Source: Candidatus Kuenenia stuttgartensis (GTDB lineage Bacteria > Planctomycetota > Brocadiia > Brocadiales > Brocadiaceae). From it: a stretch of DNA of 32,000 nt. Location: NCBI RefSeq assembly GCF_900232105.1, contig NZ_LT934425.1:3330001-3362000 (forward strand), given 5' to 3'. The notes beneath the pieces were generated by a model. That model searched no databases, was not told the origin of the DNA, and saw only the letters and a list, made by a program, of their open reading frames with translations. Shown here one piece after another: positions 27,816 through 32,000 of the stretch. Each line of letters opens with the position of its first letter. Positions within the stretch are counted from its first letter, which is position 1. Position numbers and translations under genes: made by a program.

Positions 27816-27911
27816 TTAAAAGACTTCCAAAAGACATGTAGTCGCAGAATCAATGTTTATAAGTGTTTGCCAAATTTGACTTTAGTAATTTCTTTCCGGA
27901 ACATGGGATAT

Positions 27912-27972
27912 ATGGGGAAAGACAATTATAGCCATAGGGAAGTGGCCGATTATTTTGGGCGGCATTATTCTA
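27912..27972 (+). pseudogene. Possible REP-associated (Y1_Tnp/RAYT) transposase C-terminal HTH remnant
   Basis: 'MGKDNYSHREVADYFGRHYSI', DnaA-like HTH tail, cut by the IS630 element. Confidence 0.45.
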
Positions 27973-29098
27973 TAGTCAAATAAATCAGATTTTCGAAATT
28001 TGCTCGCCAATAATTTGAAAATTTTCAGTTAAAAGAGTAGACAATTCATCTGTATACTCGTTAATATTTTTGAAAAAACTTAAACATTTGTTTTTAAACT
28101 TCTCATAAGTATCATAATACTTGTTATACAATATTTTTTTGCGAAAGAATTTCCATAATCTTTCAATGAGATTTAAATTGGGTGAATAGGAAGGGAGAAA
28201 TTTGATCTTTATTCTCGAATTTGCAAGGTATTCTTTGACCAACTTAGACCTGTAATATTTAGCATTATCAGAGATTATGTAAATAGTACCGGCTTGAGCA
28301 TACCTTGACTCTATTTCATGGAAAAGCTTTATTGTTGATTGAGCATTGATGCTTTCATCTTCCCGGATTGTTACTTCAAAGGTTTCTATGTCAATAGCAC
28401 CGTTTAAATTTATTCTTTTCCTGCCGGTATTAGAGGGTATTTCCTTCTTTTTGCCTTTCTCTATCCAGCAATATGCAGACGTAGAATTGTGCTGTGGATG
28501 AACTCCATCCATAAAAAGTATCTTATCTCCGGGGGCTTTCTCTTCTTTGAGTTGTTTGTATTTTTCGACAAATTCTTTTTGTTTTTCAGGGTTTGCCTTG
28601 CATGGAACTATTGTAGTTTTCTTGTAAGTAAAGCCTAATCTATCGAGGGTATGTACCATTCCTTCGGGTGTATAGATTTTATTGAATGTCTGTTTTACAT
28701 ATTCAACAATTTCTTTTGCCGCGCTATAGTTGTTTTTCCTGATATGATCTTTTAATTGTTCTTCTTGTTCGCAGGTGAGTTTTGGCACACAGCCAATATA
28801 ATTGTCAGATAAAAGCCCGTCAAAACCTTTATCTTTGTATAGTTTTTCGTAATTCCTGATTGTTTGATCGTCTAACAAGAGCGCCTCTGCTACTTCTTCA
28901 TAACTCCATCCTGAATCAAGAAGAAGTATAGCTTTGATTCGGTCGGCATGACGTCTATGAGGCTCTTTCTTATGTGCTTTTTTAAATTCTATTCGGGTTT
29001 TTTCACTGAGAAATGGATTCATGCAGAATTTAATACTCTAGAAACAATTCAAATGCAAGAAAAAAACAGATTTTTATAAAAATAAATGCTTTTTACTA
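27973..29098 (-). mobile_element. Intact IS630-family element, 1,126 bp
   Basis: Starts TAGTCAAATAAATCAG, ends TTTTTACTA; TA duplications at 27971-27972 and 29099-29100. Confidence 0.93.
27985..29022 (-). CDS. IS630-family transposase
   Basis: 345 aa; HTH N-terminus plus 'FMDGVHPQHN', 'IISDNAKYY', 'SYSPNLNLIERLW'. Confidence 0.95.
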   Translation of the reverse strand: MNPFLSEKTRIEFKKAHKKEPHRRHADRIKAILLLDSGWSYEEVAEALLLDDQTIRNYEKLYKDKGFDGLLSDNYIGCVPKLTCEQEEQLKDHIRKNNYSAAKEIVEYVKQTFNKIYTPEGMVHTLDRLGFTYKKTTIVPCKANPEKQKEFVEKYKQLKEEKAPGDKILFMDGVHPQHNSTSAYCWIEKGKKKEIPSNTGRKRINLNGAIDIETFEVTIREDESINAQSTIKLFHEIESRYAQAGTIYIISDNAKYYRSKLVKEYLANSRIKIKFLPSYSPNLNLIERLWKFFRKKILYNKYYDTYEKFKNKCLSFFKNINEYTDELSTLLTENFQIIGEQISKI

Positions 29099-29276
29099 TA
29101 TCATAAGTAGATCGTTAAAAAGGAATCAACTTCAATAGCAAGAATAAAGACCCGACCCTAGGACTTAGTCTGTTCTATTTAAAGGTTATTTTGCGTTGCC
29201 TAGCATCAAAAAAGCCAAACCTTTTGTGGCAAAACAATGTACAAAATAATACCGGAAGTAATTATTTACTTTATGT

Positions 29277-29756
29277 TTGAATATTTGGGTATTCGATACC
29301 TCTGGCGAAAGATTCGGCCACTTAATGAAAAAGAAGATGAACAACCCCCTTCCGTTTTTTTTTATTTTGGTAATAGGGATTTATTTTGCTATGTATGGTA
29401 TTGCTTCTCAAAGGTACGAAAATAGAAGAGATACCCTAGAAAATAAAGTTAACATTGTCATTGCACAGCTTGATACCCCTTATGCGAAAAAAATAATGAC
29501 GCGAATACCGTTGCTTCAAAAAAAACACTGTCCTGCAAAGCCAGAAGTTGTGAACCCGTTATCAATAATTCATTCTCTTTTTGGTAAAGAAGAATCAAAC
29601 TATGAAATAACAGATAAGGATAAACATTTGACGGCGCACTTTTATCACGTTACATTAAGAGGCAACGCAAATGAACCCATATTTATTACCGATACAAATC
29701 GTGTCCTGTTTATTGTTAAAAAAGAATCAGCTTTAATAGCAAGAGTAAAGACCTAA
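29277..29756 (+). CDS. Hypothetical protein
   Basis: Open frame with codon structure; N-terminal hydrophobic stretch 'PFFFILVIGIYFAMYGI'. Confidence 0.55.
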   Translation: MNIWVFDTSGERFGHLMKKKMNNPLPFFFILVIGIYFAMYGIASQRYENRRDTLENKVNIVIAQLDTPYAKKIMTRIPLLQKKHCPAKPEVVNPLSIIHSLFGKEESNYEITDKDKHLTAHFYHVTLRGNANEPIFITDTNRVLFIVKKESALIARVKT

Positions 29757-29790
29757 CATTGGGACTTGCTTTTATATAAAGCACACAATA

Positions 29791-30024
29791 ATGATTTTTG
29801 AAATTATAGGAAGGATTCGTGACGTTGAGACCTTTGCAATAGGAACCTCAATCCGCGAGATTAAGCGGTTGCAGAAACGTTTCGGTGCTGGTCGTTGGAG
29901 AAAGCGTAAAGGATTTGCAACAGTGCGTCTTTCTGATGGCACAATACATGAAGTTGAATTACATTGGTACGAGGCGCATGGTATAGGCAAAAAAGAAATT
30001 AAAATAAAACATTTCTTGGATTAA
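29791..30024 (+). CDS. Small basic hypothetical protein
   Basis: 77 aa, compact pair with the next ORF (5-nt gap). Confidence 0.6.
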   Translation: MIFEIIGRIRDVETFAIGTSIREIKRLQKRFGAGRWRKRKGFATVRLSDGTIHEVELHWYEAHGIGKKEIKIKHFLD

Positions 30025-30029
30025 AAATT

Positions 30030-30263
30030 ATGAAACACCACAAGGTCGAACCAATATTTGCTGTTTGCATTAACAACAAAGACTATGAAGTATCGCTGGA
30101 ATTGAGAAAAATTTACAAAGTTCTCCATGACGCTAAAGCGGCCGAACATCACTATATAAGAGTCATAGATGAATCAGGAGATGACTACCTATATCCTGAA
30201 GATTATTTTATTCCGATTGAGTTGCCCAAGGCTGTAGAAAAAGCGCTGCTGCTGGTATCTTAA
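30030..30263 (+). CDS. Small hypothetical protein
   Basis: 77 aa, immediately follows the previous ORF. Confidence 0.6.
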   Translation: MKHHKVEPIFAVCINNKDYEVSLELRKIYKVLHDAKAAEHHYIRVIDESGDDYLYPEDYFIPIELPKAVEKALLLVS

Positions 30264-30374
30264 TCGTATCTGAAATATCACCCGGCAAGGAGGGGTTAGA
30301 GTGACCAATCTTTATCGTTGGCGAACGATGTCATTTTGAAACTGTTCCATGACCCCGTTTTGAGGAGAAAATCT

Positions 30375-30680
30375 ATGGAAAAGAAGAGATTACAGTCGGT
30401 TCACCCCGGAGAGGTTCTTTTGGAGGAATTTCTCAAACCTATGGGCTTGAGTCAAAACAGAGTTGCACTTAATATCGGTGTTCCTCCCCGGAGAATCAAC
30501 GAGATTGTACTTCAAAAAAGACGGATAACCGCGGATACTGCTCTCAGACTGGCTCGTTTTTTTGGTACTTCCCCTGAGTTTTGGCTTGGATTACAGGCAC
30601 AGTACGATTTGGATGTTACTTCTGACGAACTTGGCGAACGCCTCGAACGCGAAGTAAAAGAGTATACAAAGATTGTATAA
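30375..30680 (+). CDS. higA: HigA-family antitoxin
   Basis: 'VHPGEVLLEEFLKPMGLSQNRVALNIGVPPRRINEIVLQKRRITADTALRLARFFGTSPEFWLGLQAQYDL'. Confidence 0.93.
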   Translation: MEKKRLQSVHPGEVLLEEFLKPMGLSQNRVALNIGVPPRRINEIVLQKRRITADTALRLARFFGTSPEFWLGLQAQYDLDVTSDELGERLEREVKEYTKIV

Positions 30681-30716
30681 ATTAATATCATGCGAAGAGC
30701 ATTTCTCCTTGAATTA

Positions 30717-30956
30717 TTATGATAAAAGTCTTTCTATTTCATCATCGGTAAAACCAAATTGTCGGAAAATACGAAGCACATACGGGGGAGAAAGTTCCCC
30801 TGCTCCCATATCAATAGGAACAACCCTTTTCTTGCCTTGACAATAGCGAACATATATTCGATGATCTCCTTTGCCCTCCCTGTGAAACATACAGCCTCCA
30901 CGTTTTAATAGGCGAATTAATTCTTTTGGCTTGAGAGAAGGAACATTTTTAGGCAT
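30717..30956 (-). CDS. hicA: HicA-type toxin
   Basis: 'SLKPKELIRLLKRGGCMFHREGKGDHRIYV...VVPIDMGAGELSPPYVLRIFRQFGF'. Confidence 0.85.
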   Translation of the reverse strand: MPKNVPSLKPKELIRLLKRGGCMFHREGKGDHRIYVRYCQGKKRVVPIDMGAGELSPPYVLRIFRQFGFTDDEIERLLS

Positions 30957-31215
30957 GTACAGCCCTTAATTCGTATGTTTCTGTGGTTGGTTCTACCCCT
31001 TCAACAGTTAAAAATTCGTGGAGTTCTTTAACAGATAATGGTGAAGTATAGATGTCGTTCTCTGTTTTGTGTACGGCATCAAAAGAATCAATGGCCTCTT
31101 TAAGTTTTTCAATCGCCTCTTCTTTTGTAATCCCCTGCCCTACAATACCATTTTCCAAACATAAAGCTACCCAATAGTTTCTACTCTTTCGTAACACCAT
31201 TGTATAAAATTCCAT
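30949..31215 (-). CDS. hicB: HicB-type antitoxin
   Basis: 'YWVALCLENGIVGQGITKEEAIEKLKEAIDSF'; overlaps hicA by 8 nt. Confidence 0.85.
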   Translation of the reverse strand: MEFYTMVLRKSRNYWVALCLENGIVGQGITKEEAIEKLKEAIDSFDAVHKTENDIYTSPLSVKELHEFLTVEGVEPTTETYELRAVHA

Positions 31216-31228
31216 TCCTTTATTCTCC

Positions 31229-32000
31229 TTAAGTAAGCATAGACGAATATAGCGCTACATGCTGAAGTCCGATATTATCCCAGGAAAAACACTTTCCCAA
31301 CTCCATGGCGTTATCTGAGATTTTATTTCTCAGGACGGGGTCATGGAACAGTTTTAAAATGACATCGGACATGGCCTGATAATCGCCGATTGGCGTTAAA
31401 ATTACATTTTCCCAATTTTTTAATACCTCCGGGACATTTTCACCTATAGTGGTTACTACGGGGAGACCATGCCGAAGCGCAGTGAGAAATGTTCCCCGCC
31501 GCAAAGAGACTCCATCCTTAAATGGCAGAACGCAGGCCGTTGCATTCGTAAAATAAACAGATACCTGTTCAGGGGTACAATAGCCGGTAACCGTTATTGC
31601 ATGTTCAATGCCTAACTCTTTCATAACATGATGATCATCATCCGAAAGATAGGTTATCATTACCAATTTACATTTAACCCCATGTATGAGCAATTGTTTA
31701 AATGCATGGAATAAAGTAATAACGTCTTTTGACTTTGTGGCAAAACCAAAATAAACGATGTACGGTATTTCTGCTATGCGCCTGCTTGAAACAATGTTAG
31801 GAACCGGCTCAATGTTGGCGCCAATCGGGATGACCGTATATCGTCCTTTAAGCCAGGGAAACCACTTTAAAACGGCTGATGCTTCACGCTTGTCAGGGAA
31901 TATAATCTTATTTGAAAGGAGCAAGAAAAAGATCATTCCAATCTTGCGAAACTTATGTGCAATGCTAAATTCATGGATTGTAGCTATTCTACATAATTTG
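31229..32000 (-). CDS. Glycosyltransferase (GT4-like), truncated by window edge
   Basis: 'YTVIPIGANIEPVPN...IVYFGFATKSKDVITLFHAF...CVLPFKDGVSLRRGTFLTALRHGLPVVTT'; frame stays open to the edge. Confidence 0.85.
   Translation of the reverse strand, partial: KLCRIATIHEFSIAHKFRKIGMIFFLLLSNKIIFPDKREASAVLKWFPWLKGRYTVIPIGANIEPVPNIVSSRRIAEIPYIVYFGFATKSKDVITLFHAFKQLLIHGVKCKLVMITYLSDDDHHVMKELGIEHAITVTGYCTPEQVSVYFTNATACVLPFKDGVSLRRGTFLTALRHGLPVVTTIGENVPEVLKNWENVILTPIGDYQAMSDVILKLFHDPVLRNKISDNAMELGKCFSWDNIGLQHVALYSSMLT

Overview
This window is a mobile-element-dense region, probably from an anammox-type planctomycete (weak inference). It holds a nested stack of transposons at 1-18.1 kb, then a tRNA-Ala with an integrase remnant at its 3' end, an intact leuS, a toxin-antitoxin operon split by a group II intron-type RT, glycosyltransferases, more IS elements and TA modules. 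Two observations stand out. (1) A fully delimited 3,790-bp transposon (7720-11509) has imperfect TIRs and a 7-bp target duplication (ATGATGC). It carries four tightly packed genes: a zinc-ribbon/HTH protein (DUF6431-like), a TnsB/TniA-like DDE transposase split by a candidate stop-assisted +1 frameshift, a TnsC/TniB/ExeA-like AAA ATPase, and a ~100-aa DnaG-like CHC2 zinc-finger protein. It also has a ~400-bp structured noncoding end. A second copy lies inverted at 1-2157, cut by the window edge. (2) A single ORF fuses a DruA-like (DUF4338) domain to a Tn5/IS4-type DDE transposase (12872-15064). It lies in a 2,506-bp unit whose ends resemble those of the IS630-family element it is inserted in, with a TA duplication. 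Two further DruA-like remnants occur within 11 kb. Removing the two nested insertions restores an in-frame 561-codon IS1634-family ORF, and removing the DruA unit leaves exactly 1,126 bp of IS630, matching the intact copy at 27973-29098. This supports the boundaries. No database search was run; family names come from motif recognition.
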